A stretch of DNA of 22,410 bases, taken from assembly GCA_048938895.1 (NCBI GenBank), contig JBHLLU010000062.1, positions 1 to 22,410 of the forward strand. The letters run 5' to 3'. The position numbers and the translations under genes are program-made. This document shows positions 9,050 through 18,478 of this stretch, in pieces (within the stretch, counting starts at the first letter, position 1; each line of letters starts with the position of its first letter). The notes beneath the pieces are model-generated. The model was given only the letters and a program-made list of their open reading frames with translations. It did not search any database and had not been told where the DNA came from. The DNA is from Promethearchaeota archaeon. Lineage in GTDB: Archaea > Asgardarchaeota > Lokiarchaeia > Sigyniarchaeales > SOKP01.

Positions 9050-9322
9050 TTAAAAATTTTCGATAACTCTTCCACCAGGAAGGATTTTGTAGATAATTTT
9101 CCCTTCTTCTTCAATTTTTTCAACACATAATGCTTGAAGTAAAAAATCCATATGATAGGTAAATATATTCGAATCATCTATAACATCTTCATCATTTAAC
9201 TTTTTTAGTAATTCCTTTTCCGGAATACTTTCGGTTTCATAAATTATTCTTAAAATTTCCCTTCGAATTGGATGATTTACAGCTTTTAAGTGTTGTGCAT
9301 GACCTATTTTTCGTTCTGCCAT
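9050..9322 (-). CDS. ArsR-like winged-helix protein
   Basis: LKAVNHPIRREIL...YHMDFL...YKILPGG. Confidence 0.8.
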   Translation of the reverse strand: MAERKIGHAQHLKAVNHPIRREILRIIYETESIPEKELLKKLNDEDVIDDSNIFTYHMDFLLQALCVEKIEEEGKIIYKILPGGRVIENF

Positions 9323-9585
9323 CTTTAATACACTACTTTTTTTTATATTTTAACAATTTTACTGGAAAATTAAGGTTAAAGGTTTTAGAAAATAAATTTT
9401 AAAAGATTATTGATTGAAACAAAAAACTAAATATCGATATCTAGCTTTTGAATTATTAGTGTTAATTTATGGGATTTTATTAAAATATAACTTCGGTATA
9501 ATAATTTTTATAATTTAAACGAAAAATTATTTTAAGGGTTAAATCAGATATTCATAATAGAAGGAATGAAGATGGTGATTGTTTA

Positions 9586-10278
9586 ATGTATTCTGAAAAT
9601 GAACTTAACAATATTAAAAGAGAAATGAGTAAATTAAAAAATAAAGTTGTTCTAAAGCTATTTACAGATTTCAAGACTCAAGAAGATGGAAGTAAAGTCA
9701 GGAAGTGTATGGCATGCGAGGGAGCGTATGAACTACTCAAAACATTAGAAGGGTATTCTAATGAAAAGTTACTTGTAGAAGAAGTTTCAACTGAAGAAAA
9801 TGAAGAAGTAGCTAATAAATATAAAGTTACTAGAATTCCGACCATTTTGTTTGTTGACGACGATGGTAAGGAGATTATTCGTTATTTAGCACATCCAACA
9901 GGATCTGAATTTGTACCTTTTCTTAATAGCATTCAGTATTTTTCAGGAGTAAGACCTTACTATGCTGATCAAATAATTACTCATTTAAAAAAAATTAAAA
10001 ATTCCAATATGAAGATTTTTATAACTCCTACTTGCCCATATTGTCCTGCAACCGTACCTGTTCTTACACTCTTCTCTATAGTTACAAAAGGGAAAATTTC
10101 GTCAGAAATAATTGATGTGAGCTTAAATCCTGATATTGGAGCACAATATCAAGTTCAGGGTGTTCCGATGACCATCATTAATGAAAAGGATGTTATACAC
10201 GGTATGTTTACGCCTCAAGATTTATTAGATAAGCTTGTTGGATCGAAAAATAGAGATTTTGGAGGTATGTATGCATAA
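9586..10278 (+). CDS. protein disulfide oxidoreductase (PDO, two thioredoxin folds), copy 1
   Basis: CMAC...RIPT...IRY...P-x-G-x-E...CPYCP...GVP. Confidence 0.9.
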   Translation: MYSENELNNIKREMSKLKNKVVLKLFTDFKTQEDGSKVRKCMACEGAYELLKTLEGYSNEKLLVEEVSTEENEEVANKYKVTRIPTILFVDDDGKEIIRYLAHPTGSEFVPFLNSIQYFSGVRPYYADQIITHLKKIKNSNMKIFITPTCPYCPATVPVLTLFSIVTKGKISSEIIDVSLNPDIGAQYQVQGVPMTIINEKDVIHGMFTPQDLLDKLVGSKNRDFGGMYA

Positions 10279-10301
10279 AAAGCGTGAGGTGATATTAAAA
10301 A

Positions 10302-10985
10302 ATGTCTCAAAATAATGCTTATAGAGAAATAATAAAAAAAGAAATGGCAAAATTGAAAAATCCAGTAAAATTAAGAGTTTTCACTTGTAAAGAGAAATTA
10401 CCAAGTGGAAGTCAGGTAAGAGAATGCATGGATTGCGGGCAGTTTATGGCGTTATTAAGAATATATGAAGAAAACTCTAATGGAATGCTAACAATAGAGG
10501 AGTCATGTATCGATGAGAATCCTGAATTTGCAAAAAGATATGACATTACACGAGTTCCCACTATATTGTTCATCGATGAACAAGGTCGAGAATTAATTCG
10601 TTACTTGGCAGCACCACAGGGTGGTGAAATACAACCTTTTGTTCAAGCATTATTCACGTTTGCTGGAGCTCCTAATTATTATGAAACAACATTAAAGCAA
10701 AACCTTAACCGTATTAATCCCTCTACAATTAAAGTAATGATAACGGAAACATGCCCATACTGTCCACAAGTTGTACAAATTGTAAATAACTTTGCAATTG
10801 CTTCCAATGGAAAAATCAGATCTGTAATCATCGATATCACAGCAAATCCTGACATTGGTCAATATTATGATGCTGCAGGTGTCCCGTATACAATTATAAA
10901 TGATCAAAAAACATTAGTAGGAATGGTGGGGGCCCCTGAAATATTGAGAACTCTTATTGGTGGAAACATTCGGGTTCAATACTAG
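10302..10985 (+). CDS. protein disulfide oxidoreductase (PDO), copy 2
   Basis: CMDC...RVPT...IRYLAAPQGGE...CPYCP...GVP; GAGGTGA ribosome-binding site upstream. Confidence 0.9.
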   Translation: MSQNNAYREIIKKEMAKLKNPVKLRVFTCKEKLPSGSQVRECMDCGQFMALLRIYEENSNGMLTIEESCIDENPEFAKRYDITRVPTILFIDEQGRELIRYLAAPQGGEIQPFVQALFTFAGAPNYYETTLKQNLNRINPSTIKVMITETCPYCPQVVQIVNNFAIASNGKIRSVIIDITANPDIGQYYDAAGVPYTIINDQKTLVGMVGAPEILRTLIGGNIRVQY

Positions 10986-11001
10986 AAAAATATAATTATC
11001 C

Positions 11002-11664
11002 TTGAAAAACATGCCCGCTTCATATGTTTTTAACAAAATGATACGAACTGAGATGAGTAAACTCTCAAAACCAGTCTCTTTACTAGTTTTTATTGACAAA
11101 ATTAAGCAACCTCAAAATTATGATTATACACGGTCTATTTTGAAAACTTATGAAGAAAATTCAAATGGGATGTTAAGGATTAATGAGATTCAGGTTAACA
11201 ATAATGATGATTTGGAAAAAAAATATAATATAAAAAGAGTACCAACTATTTTATTCGTTGATAATGATGGAAATGAAGTCATTCGTTATTTTTCTGCTCC
11301 ACAAGGTAGTGAAATTCAACCTTTTATCCAAGCATTGTTGGTATTCGCAGGATCCCCAAATTATTACGAAAAGGCCATTCAGGAAAATCTAAATAAAATA
11401 CAACCTTCCATAATTAAGGTATTAGTATCTAATTCTTGTACATTTTGTCCATCTGTGATGGATATAGTTTCGAAATTTGCATTAGCTTCAAATGGAAAAA
11501 TTAAAGCTGAAATAATAGATATTGAAGAAAATGCTGATATTGGGCAAAAATATAATGTTTGTAGTGTTCCTTATATAATAATAAATGAAAAATCAATATT
11601 AGATGGCATGTGTGCTGCTAATGAAATAATCGAAGCAATTATTGGAGAAACCAACAAGAAATAA
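11002..11664 (+). CDS. protein disulfide oxidoreductase (PDO), copy 3, lacking the N-terminal CxxC
   Basis: Aligns with copy 2 (YEENSNGML, RVPTILF, APQGSEIQPF, PNYYE). The C-terminal site is CTFCP. Start is TTG 11002 or ATG 11011. Confidence 0.88.
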   Translation: MKNMPASYVFNKMIRTEMSKLSKPVSLLVFIDKIKQPQNYDYTRSILKTYEENSNGMLRINEIQVNNNDDLEKKYNIKRVPTILFVDNDGNEVIRYFSAPQGSEIQPFIQALLVFAGSPNYYEKAIQENLNKIQPSIIKVLVSNSCTFCPSVMDIVSKFALASNGKIKAEIIDIEENADIGQKYNVCSVPYIIINEKSILDGMCAANEIIEAIIGETNKK

Positions 11665-11692
11665 TATTTAAAAATAAATATAGAAATGAGGA

Positions 11693-12646
11693 ATGAATGA
11701 AATGAGTAATATCGATATGGAAACATTTGATTTAAGTAAAATTTATGATTTGATTGTGCTGGGAGGAGGACCTACAGCAATAGGCTGTGCAATTTACGCC
11801 GCCAGATTTGCTATGGACGTTTTAATTATTGGAAAAACATTTGGTGGATTAATTGCTACAACACACATAGTTGAAAATTATCCTGCAATCACTTCAATTA
11901 GTGGTCAAGGGCTTATGGAAATGTTCAGAGAGCATATGAATTCACTTAACATCCCCTATATATCAGACGAGATAAGGGGTATTGAGAAAGTGGGTGATCA
12001 TTTCGAACTTAACTCTTTCTTCCAAAAATTCAAGGCGTACTCAATTTGTATTGCTACGGGCTCAGAAAGACGGAAATTAGGCATTCCTGGAGAAGAAGAT
12101 TTTGCAGGGAGAGGTGTGTCTTACTGTGCAACTTGCGATGGACCTTTTTATAAAGATAAAATTGTCTGTGTTATTGGTGGAAGTGATTCTGCGGCAAAAG
12201 AAGCACTATTTCTAGCTCAAAATACAAAGAAAGTGTATATTATTTATCGTGGTGAAGAGATACGAGCAGAACCGATTAATAAGAAAAGAGTCTCTGAGAA
12301 TAATAAAATTGAAATAATTTATCAAACAAATATTACGGATATAAAGGGAGATGGCAAAGTTAAGTCTGTAATTTTTGACAACGGACATGAATTTGAAGTC
12401 GATGGTGTTTTTATAGAAATAGGATCCATCCCTAATTCAGAATTAGCAAAAAGAATTGGTGTAGAGACAAATGATAAAGACGAGATTATAATTAATCGTA
12501 AGTCTGAAACAAACATTCCAGGTATTTTTGCTGCGGGAGACGTTGCTGACGCCCCATTTAAACAAGCAATTACAGGAGTTTCCGAAGGCGTAATTGCTGC
12601 TTATTCTGCCTTTGATTATGTTAAAGAAATGAATATAGAATATTAA
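11693..12646 (+). CDS. trxB: thioredoxin reductase (low-Mr flavoprotein)
   Basis: GGGP FAD motif, VENYP, IATG, GRGVSYCATCDG and TNIPGIFAAGD. Confidence 0.92.
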   Translation: MNEMSNIDMETFDLSKIYDLIVLGGGPTAIGCAIYAARFAMDVLIIGKTFGGLIATTHIVENYPAITSISGQGLMEMFREHMNSLNIPYISDEIRGIEKVGDHFELNSFFQKFKAYSICIATGSERRKLGIPGEEDFAGRGVSYCATCDGPFYKDKIVCVIGGSDSAAKEALFLAQNTKKVYIIYRGEEIRAEPINKKRVSENNKIEIIYQTNITDIKGDGKVKSVIFDNGHEFEVDGVFIEIGSIPNSELAKRIGVETNDKDEIIINRKSETNIPGIFAAGDVADAPFKQAITGVSEGVIAAYSAFDYVKEMNIEY

Positions 12647-12772
12647 AGAAAACTCTAATTATTATTCTAAATCTAGTTCCATATAAATCCAATTTTCTCT
12701 TAATTCTTTTGGGATATTTTCCCCTTCAAATTATAAATCTTTATAAAAATAAAATTATAATCTCTAAATAAA

Positions 12773-13954
12773 GTGATAATAATGGTAAATAAAATAAAAC
12801 CAATAACAGATCCACCCTCTAAAGAGGAATTACTTAATAGGCTTCAAAAAGTAAGGGTATTGATGAAACAGAACAATTTGGATTTTTATGTTTCATTTGA
12901 CCCTGTAAACATCTATTATTTGACTAACTTTGCATTTTATGTTCATGAACGCCCTTTTATTTTAGTAATTCCTGAGGAGGGGTTTCCTAAAATGCTAATT
13001 CCTTTATTAGAAAAGGGTCACTTTGAACAAAGAGCAAGATGTCCTATTGAAGTTGCTGTATATTATGAATTTCCTGCTAAAAATGGTGAGAACTGGTTTG
13101 ATCATTACCAAAAGCTAATATCAAGTGATTCTAAAGTGGGAATAGAGTCAGTAATGCCAATAGGAATTGTGAATAAAACTCCAGGAAAGAAATCTGTAAT
13201 AGATATCATCGAAGAAGTTAGATTAATTAAAACAGATTATGAAATTGGGAGAACTGTTCATGCTTGCAGAGTTGTTAATAAAGGACATAAAGTAATTCTT
13301 AAAAAGTGTAGACCAAAAGTGCTCGAGTTCGCCTTATATAATGAAGCGACAAATGTAATGACGAATAAAGTTGTTCAAGACATAGCCAATGCAAATTTTC
13401 GAGTAACTGAGTCTACAGCAGCAGTTTGGCCACCATCAATCTCCCATGATCCTCATTTAATACCCCATATTTTTGCAGAAATGGAAGTAGGAGGTCCTCA
13501 TGTATCAATTGTATCTGCTCAAGTCGATGGATATGGTGTGGAAATAGAGCGTTCTTTTTTCTTAGATAATGTTCCAGAAAAAGCTGTAAAACCCTATGAT
13601 ACCATGTTAAAAGCAAGATCCCTTGCATATGAATTACTAAAACCTGGTAAAATCATGAGTGAAATAGACAGAGAAGTCCAGAAGTTTATTAAGGAAAGAG
13701 GTTATAGTAAAAACATTCTACACCGTACGGGGCATGGATTAGGAATTACAGGTCATGAAGCTCCATACATAGCTGAAGGATATAATAGGGCACTTGAACC
13801 AGGCATGATAGTTAGTATAGAACCAGGGATATATATACCCGGAAATGGAGGATTTAGGTATTCTGATACGGTACTCATTACTGAAGATGGATATGTAAAA
13901 TTAACAAGAGCTCCTGAAGAATTAGAGGATCTCACAATAGATATAACAAAATAA
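12773..13954 (+). CDS. M24-fold protein (Xaa-Pro peptidase/creatinase-like)
   Basis: Creatinase_N-like N-terminus (NIYYLTNF), RLIKT, HRTGHGLG, HEAP and SIEPGIY. The likely start is ATG 12782. Confidence 0.88.
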   Translation: MIIMVNKIKPITDPPSKEELLNRLQKVRVLMKQNNLDFYVSFDPVNIYYLTNFAFYVHERPFILVIPEEGFPKMLIPLLEKGHFEQRARCPIEVAVYYEFPAKNGENWFDHYQKLISSDSKVGIESVMPIGIVNKTPGKKSVIDIIEEVRLIKTDYEIGRTVHACRVVNKGHKVILKKCRPKVLEFALYNEATNVMTNKVVQDIANANFRVTESTAAVWPPSISHDPHLIPHIFAEMEVGGPHVSIVSAQVDGYGVEIERSFFLDNVPEKAVKPYDTMLKARSLAYELLKPGKIMSEIDREVQKFIKERGYSKNILHRTGHGLGITGHEAPYIAEGYNRALEPGMIVSIEPGIYIPGNGGFRYSDTVLITEDGYVKLTRAPEELEDLTIDITK

Positions 13955-14082
13955 AAAATATTTTTCTTTAACTAATTATTTTTCGTTATTTCTAGGGCCT
14001 GGGTTTGGAATTACTTTACATAAAATTACAGAGTTAACAAATAAGCAATTTATACAATAAAAAAGAGAAAAATAAAAAGAAT

Positions 14083-14406
14083 TTATTCAATATTTACATC
14101 AATACTTTTATAATCAACATCCTGAAAAGGAACTTCAATTTTTAAAAGTCCTTGTTTGTAGGTTGCTTTAGCTTCTTCTGGTTTCACCGGACAACAAATA
14201 CCATATGATCCAATATAAATAGTATCTTCTGTCTCTCCCTTAATAAAGAAACTATCATCATGCATCTTAAGTTTTATAGAATCCTTTTCTACTCCAGGCA
14301 GTTGAATTTCAATTTTGTATGTTAAGCTGTCGTCATCAGCCCATGAACATACTTCTGGAGATGTTAAATACTTATCTTCTTCTTTAACTTCTGTCATAAT
14401 TTTCAC
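14083..14406 (-). CDS. small heat-shock protein (Hsp20/alpha-crystallin domain)
   Basis: IQLPGVEKDSIKL and AKATYKQGLLKIEVP. Confidence 0.9.
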   Translation of the reverse strand: MKIMTEVKEEDKYLTSPEVCSWADDDSLTYKIEIQLPGVEKDSIKLKMHDDSFFIKGETEDTIYIGSYGICCPVKPEEAKATYKQGLLKIEVPFQDVDYKSIDVNIE

Positions 14407-14580
14407 TTTATACTTTCATTTTTAATTGATTTCTTACTAGTTCTTTCTAAAATAACTGATTTAAAAGTTGTTTCTATAAACTATCAGAGAATAAGTCAAA
14501 CTTCACTTAAAGACTAAAATGAAACCTGCATTTGTTTTTAAATTATAAGATAAATAAGAAGTATGATGAATAAACCACTT

Positions 14581-15480
14581 TTAAGGAGCTTTAATTAAGG
14601 GAGACCTTGATGATAATATCTTATGAATTTTAGTCCAATAGTCTTCTATCTCCCAACTTTGTTTAATTTTTATCTTTTCAGAGATTTCTTTAAAGACCTC
14701 TCTAATTTTAAGTGAATCTATATAAGTTATATTGGGAGCGATTAGAGACAACATATACTGCTTTTCTCCGAATCTTTCATTCTTTTCTGGATAAGCATCA
14801 AAGAATAAGTATCCTTTCTTCTTGATATTTTCGATGTTAAGTAAAACTCCTTCAGCTTTAGTTATCTTATCGTTTCCATAGATAGAAGTTGCGGCATGAA
14901 ATAATTGTTGACCTATGGTCTCAATTGAAAAATGACAGGTTTTTTCAGAAGGATGACTTTTCTTTAAAACGGGACCTTGAATATCATCCCAAAATACAAC
15001 AAGTAGGCAAAAAGGGAGCAGCTCATCCTTTTCAATAGAAGGTTCCATATCTATTAATAAGTCTTTCACTTTATTATTAATCAGTTCAGATTTCCGTTTT
15101 CGAGCAATTTTTCCGGAGATCGAAGCTATTAAATCTTCCTCATTAAATGGTTTGGTTATGTAATCATCAACTCCTAATAATTTACCTAATCGAATATCTT
15201 CAGGAGTAGATTTGGCTGTAAGGAACAAAAATGGGATCTGATTCCATTGAGAATGATTAGATACAGCATTAAAAAACTCAAAACCGTCAATATTTGGCAT
15301 CATTATGTCGCTAATTATCACTTCAGGGATAATTTTAAGAGTAGAAAGAGTTTTAAGTGCCTGCTCTCCACTCCTTGCAGTTACTGTTTCATAACCTCTA
15401 TTTTTTAGCAAAATTTTGAGGTTAAACAAAATATCCTCGTTGTCATCAACAATCAATAACAGGGGTTTAGAGTTCGGCAT
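14581..15480 (-). CDS. response regulator: receiver domain fused to a putative uDENN/longin-like output domain
   Basis: REC has D12-D13, phosphoacceptor D58, T88 and K110-P111. The C-terminal domain starts LLVVFWDDIQGPVLKKSHP and contains YLFFDAYPEKNERFGEKQYMLSLI. REC is near certain; the longin call is inferred from motifs. Confidence 0.85.
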   Translation of the reverse strand: MPNSKPLLLIVDDNEDILFNLKILLKNRGYETVTARSGEQALKTLSTLKIIPEVIISDIMMPNIDGFEFFNAVSNHSQWNQIPFLFLTAKSTPEDIRLGKLLGVDDYITKPFNEEDLIASISGKIARKRKSELINNKVKDLLIDMEPSIEKDELLPFCLLVVFWDDIQGPVLKKSHPSEKTCHFSIETIGQQLFHAATSIYGNDKITKAEGVLLNIENIKKKGYLFFDAYPEKNERFGEKQYMLSLIAPNITYIDSLKIREVFKEISEKIKIKQSWEIEDYWTKIHKILSSRSPLIKAP

Positions 15481-15508
15481 CTAATTTTTCTTATTATTAC
15501 ATTATTAT

Positions 15509-18424
15509 TTAATGTTTCTCAAACTTATTCAATTTAGGTAAGAATATGATAAATGTTGTTCCCTTCCCTAATTCACTTTTACAGTAAATTTCACCATTAT
15601 GAGCATCAATTAAATCCTTTGCGATAGCCAATCCTAACCCCGTGCCAGCTATTTCATTCACATTACTAGCCCGAAAAAAACGTTCAAAAATACGGGGGAT
15701 CTCTTCCTTAGGGATACCTCGACCATAATCTCTAAATTTAAAAAGAACTCCTGGATCACCACTAGAATTATATTGACCTTTATACTCTTTAATGGCTTGA
15801 ATTTCTATTTTTGAATTGTTGAGTGAGTATTTAATTGCATTATCGATAATAATTCGAAAAATTTGATCAATTCTTCTTGGATCGCCTTTTAATTGGAGAT
15901 GCTCATCAATATTAATTTCAAATTGGATATTTTTTTCCTTTCCAATAGGTTCTAGAAGATATAAAATCTCATTAATTACCTCTAATGGTTTATACTCATT
16001 TAATTCCATTGGTAACCTATTTTCGTCTATCCTCATAATTAATAAAATGTCTTCTGCTAAATTGTTAAGTAAATGGATATTTCTTTTGATTCCATCCATT
16101 AATTTATCTTCTAATCCATTTTCAAGAGCCTCTTTATGTTTAGTAAGGAATTCTATTGACATCATTAAAACAGTTATTGGGGTTCTTAATTCATGTGAAA
16201 CAGTAGAAATTAATTGCGATATCCTTTCCTCAGCCTTTTTACGTTCTGTTATATCCATTCCATAAATATTTACATAATCCGCATTTTCTACAGGAGTAAT
16301 AACCATTGTGTAAGTTCGACCATTTAAGTTTATCTCAAAATCTTGGATTTCGTTATTTGTTAAGGAATTGGTGATGACGTTTTTTAATATCCCTGGAATA
16401 GCTCCTCCTTCATAAATATTAAATAGATTGCCTCCAATTTTATTAACATAGAGAACCTGTTCATTATTTACCCTCAAAACGGGATTTGGGTTTTCAGAAG
16501 GGAATTTTGATAAATTATGAATTTTTTCTTCAGCTTTCTTTTTCTCGGTAATATCTCGAGCGATTGTGGATGCTCCAATAATATTATTATGTGAATCTTT
16601 TATTGGTGAAATTGTAAGAGCAACATTAACTTTTGATCCGTCTTTTCTTATTCTTACAGTTTCAAAACCTTCAATTTTCTCTCCATTTTTAATTTTTGTT
16701 AAAATTTCAAGGATCTCATTATTATGGTTATGAGGTGATAAAAGTGCTATCGATTTGCCTAATACTTCTTCAGCAGAATAATAATAAATTTTCTCAGCAG
16801 CTTTATTCCAGCTGGTAATTATCCCATCTAAAGTTTTACTTAATATTGCATCCTCTGATGATTCTACAATAGATGCTAATCTCATTTTTAATTCTGTTGC
16901 TTTTTTTTGCTCTGTTATATCTCGAAATATTGATTGAAAATACTTTTTTCCAAATAAAGTTATTAATTTAGCTGTTACATAAATATCTTTAATATTTCCA
17001 TTTTTAGTGCGAAATTTCGTCTCAAAATCATCTCTTCCCTCTTTTAAAACTTTTTCTATATGAGTTTTTGTCTCTGAAGTTACCTCTATTGCTTCATAAT
17101 CATTTATTTGTAATTTTTCAAATTCTTCTCGTGTGTAGCCTAGGATTTTACATACAGCGTCATTAAATTCAATTGCTCTTAATGATTTAAGATCTATAAT
17201 TACAATCCCATCAGGAGATTGTTCAAAAATAGTATGATAACGATACTCAGCTTCCTCTAGCAATTCCTCAGCTTTTTTCCGTTCGGTAATATCAGATGCA
17301 ACACTTATTAGAGTTGAAAATTTCTCGTCAATATCTCGCAAGGGCTGTTCAACGATCCAATATGTTTTTGGACCTGATGGTAAATTTAAAGTCCTTTGAT
17401 ATGCTCTACTCGTTCCATTCTGAATTAATTTAAGAATAGTATTTAAATACTCTTCGGCTTGTTCTTTAGGAAAAACATCAAATAAACTCTTTCCGATAAA
17501 GTCTTCTGGTTTACCGCCTAATTCAATTGCAGCTTTTTCATTCACAAGTAAAAATTCCCCATTTTCATCAATCATAGTGATTCCTGCTCCAGAATTGGTA
17601 ATTACGTTTTTTAACTTCAACTCACTTCTCCTGATTTTTCTAAATAAAAGATTAAAAGGTTCTTCAATCCCAATTTGAATAATTGCTTTATATAAAAGGT
17701 AAAAGGCTATGATTTTAAACAAATGACCAAGAACATTGGAAAAATCATATACGCCAATATAAAAAGTGAACGATATTTCAGCTATAATCGTTGCAATAAT
17801 AGAACTAACCATTAAACTCAAAACTCTTTTATCAAATTCAATCTTGTGTTTAAGAATAATAATAAGACAGCTTATAAGTAAAAAAATAATTATATACTCA
17901 CTTATTATTTTAAAAAGAGTGAGTCCATCACTATAACAAATAGGAAAGAATCCAAGAAAAATAAATTCTATTAGCAAAATTGTAATTCCTAAGTAGGAAA
18001 GAATAAGGAAAACAGCATTTATGGTTTTTTTAATTAGTAATGATGCTAATAAACATGAACTCGCTTGAAGATACCTAGCTGCGATCCATAAAGAAGTTGG
18101 AAGATTAGAGGTGAAACCTTCAAAGATATTCATACCAGTATAAGCAAGGGTATGAATTAAATCAATAACACCAATAAAAAGAGATGACACACCCAAGACT
18201 AAAAAAAAGGAATTTTCCATATACTTACGACTGTTCCAGCCAACAAAAAACACTCCACCCGCTATAACTATGCTAAAAATCTCAGCAATACTATGAAATA
18301 ATAAAAAACTATATAATCTTGAAAGGAAAGTAAATAGAAGTGCCATTGAAAAGACTAATACTTCAAAAATTTCGGGATTTACTTTATGCGAGATTCTGTT
18401 TTTATTATCATTCAACATTTTCAA
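15509..18424 (-). CDS. membrane sensor histidine kinase: MASE3, 3-4 PAS, HisKA, HATPase_c
   Basis: FLLFHSIAEIFSIVIA...DLIHTLAY...LWIAAR...GHLFK (MASE3), repeated DITExKKA PAS/PAC ends, SHELRTP, DNAIKYS, DYGRGI, IFERFFR and GTGLGL. Confidence 0.93.
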   Translation of the reverse strand: MKMLNDNKNRISHKVNPEIFEVLVFSMALLFTFLSRLYSFLLFHSIAEIFSIVIAGGVFFVGWNSRKYMENSFFLVLGVSSLFIGVIDLIHTLAYTGMNIFEGFTSNLPTSLWIAARYLQASSCLLASLLIKKTINAVFLILSYLGITILLIEFIFLGFFPICYSDGLTLFKIISEYIIIFLLISCLIIILKHKIEFDKRVLSLMVSSIIATIIAEISFTFYIGVYDFSNVLGHLFKIIAFYLLYKAIIQIGIEEPFNLLFRKIRRSELKLKNVITNSGAGITMIDENGEFLLVNEKAAIELGGKPEDFIGKSLFDVFPKEQAEEYLNTILKLIQNGTSRAYQRTLNLPSGPKTYWIVEQPLRDIDEKFSTLISVASDITERKKAEELLEEAEYRYHTIFEQSPDGIVIIDLKSLRAIEFNDAVCKILGYTREEFEKLQINDYEAIEVTSETKTHIEKVLKEGRDDFETKFRTKNGNIKDIYVTAKLITLFGKKYFQSIFRDITEQKKATELKMRLASIVESSEDAILSKTLDGIITSWNKAAEKIYYYSAEEVLGKSIALLSPHNHNNEILEILTKIKNGEKIEGFETVRIRKDGSKVNVALTISPIKDSHNNIIGASTIARDITEKKKAEEKIHNLSKFPSENPNPVLRVNNEQVLYVNKIGGNLFNIYEGGAIPGILKNVITNSLTNNEIQDFEINLNGRTYTMVITPVENADYVNIYGMDITERKKAEERISQLISTVSHELRTPITVLMMSIEFLTKHKEALENGLEDKLMDGIKRNIHLLNNLAEDILLIMRIDENRLPMELNEYKPLEVINEILYLLEPIGKEKNIQFEINIDEHLQLKGDPRRIDQIFRIIIDNAIKYSLNNSKIEIQAIKEYKGQYNSSGDPGVLFKFRDYGRGIPKEEIPRIFERFFRASNVNEIAGTGLGLAIAKDLIDAHNGEIYCKSELGKGTTFIIFLPKLNKFEKH

Positions 18425-18478
18425 ATATTAATTTCTATAAAAATCTAAAATGTACACCTACTTTAAAAATAACGTTAA

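Noticed and set aside
16230-17300. Repeated sequence blocks inside the large kinase gene
   Set aside because: They are the conserved DITExKKAEE ends of tandem PAS/PAC domains, not a DNA repeat or CRISPR array.
18425-18478. GTPase and kinase genes share a reading frame (possible fusion)
   Set aside because: An additional in-frame TAG lies in the 54-bp spacer.
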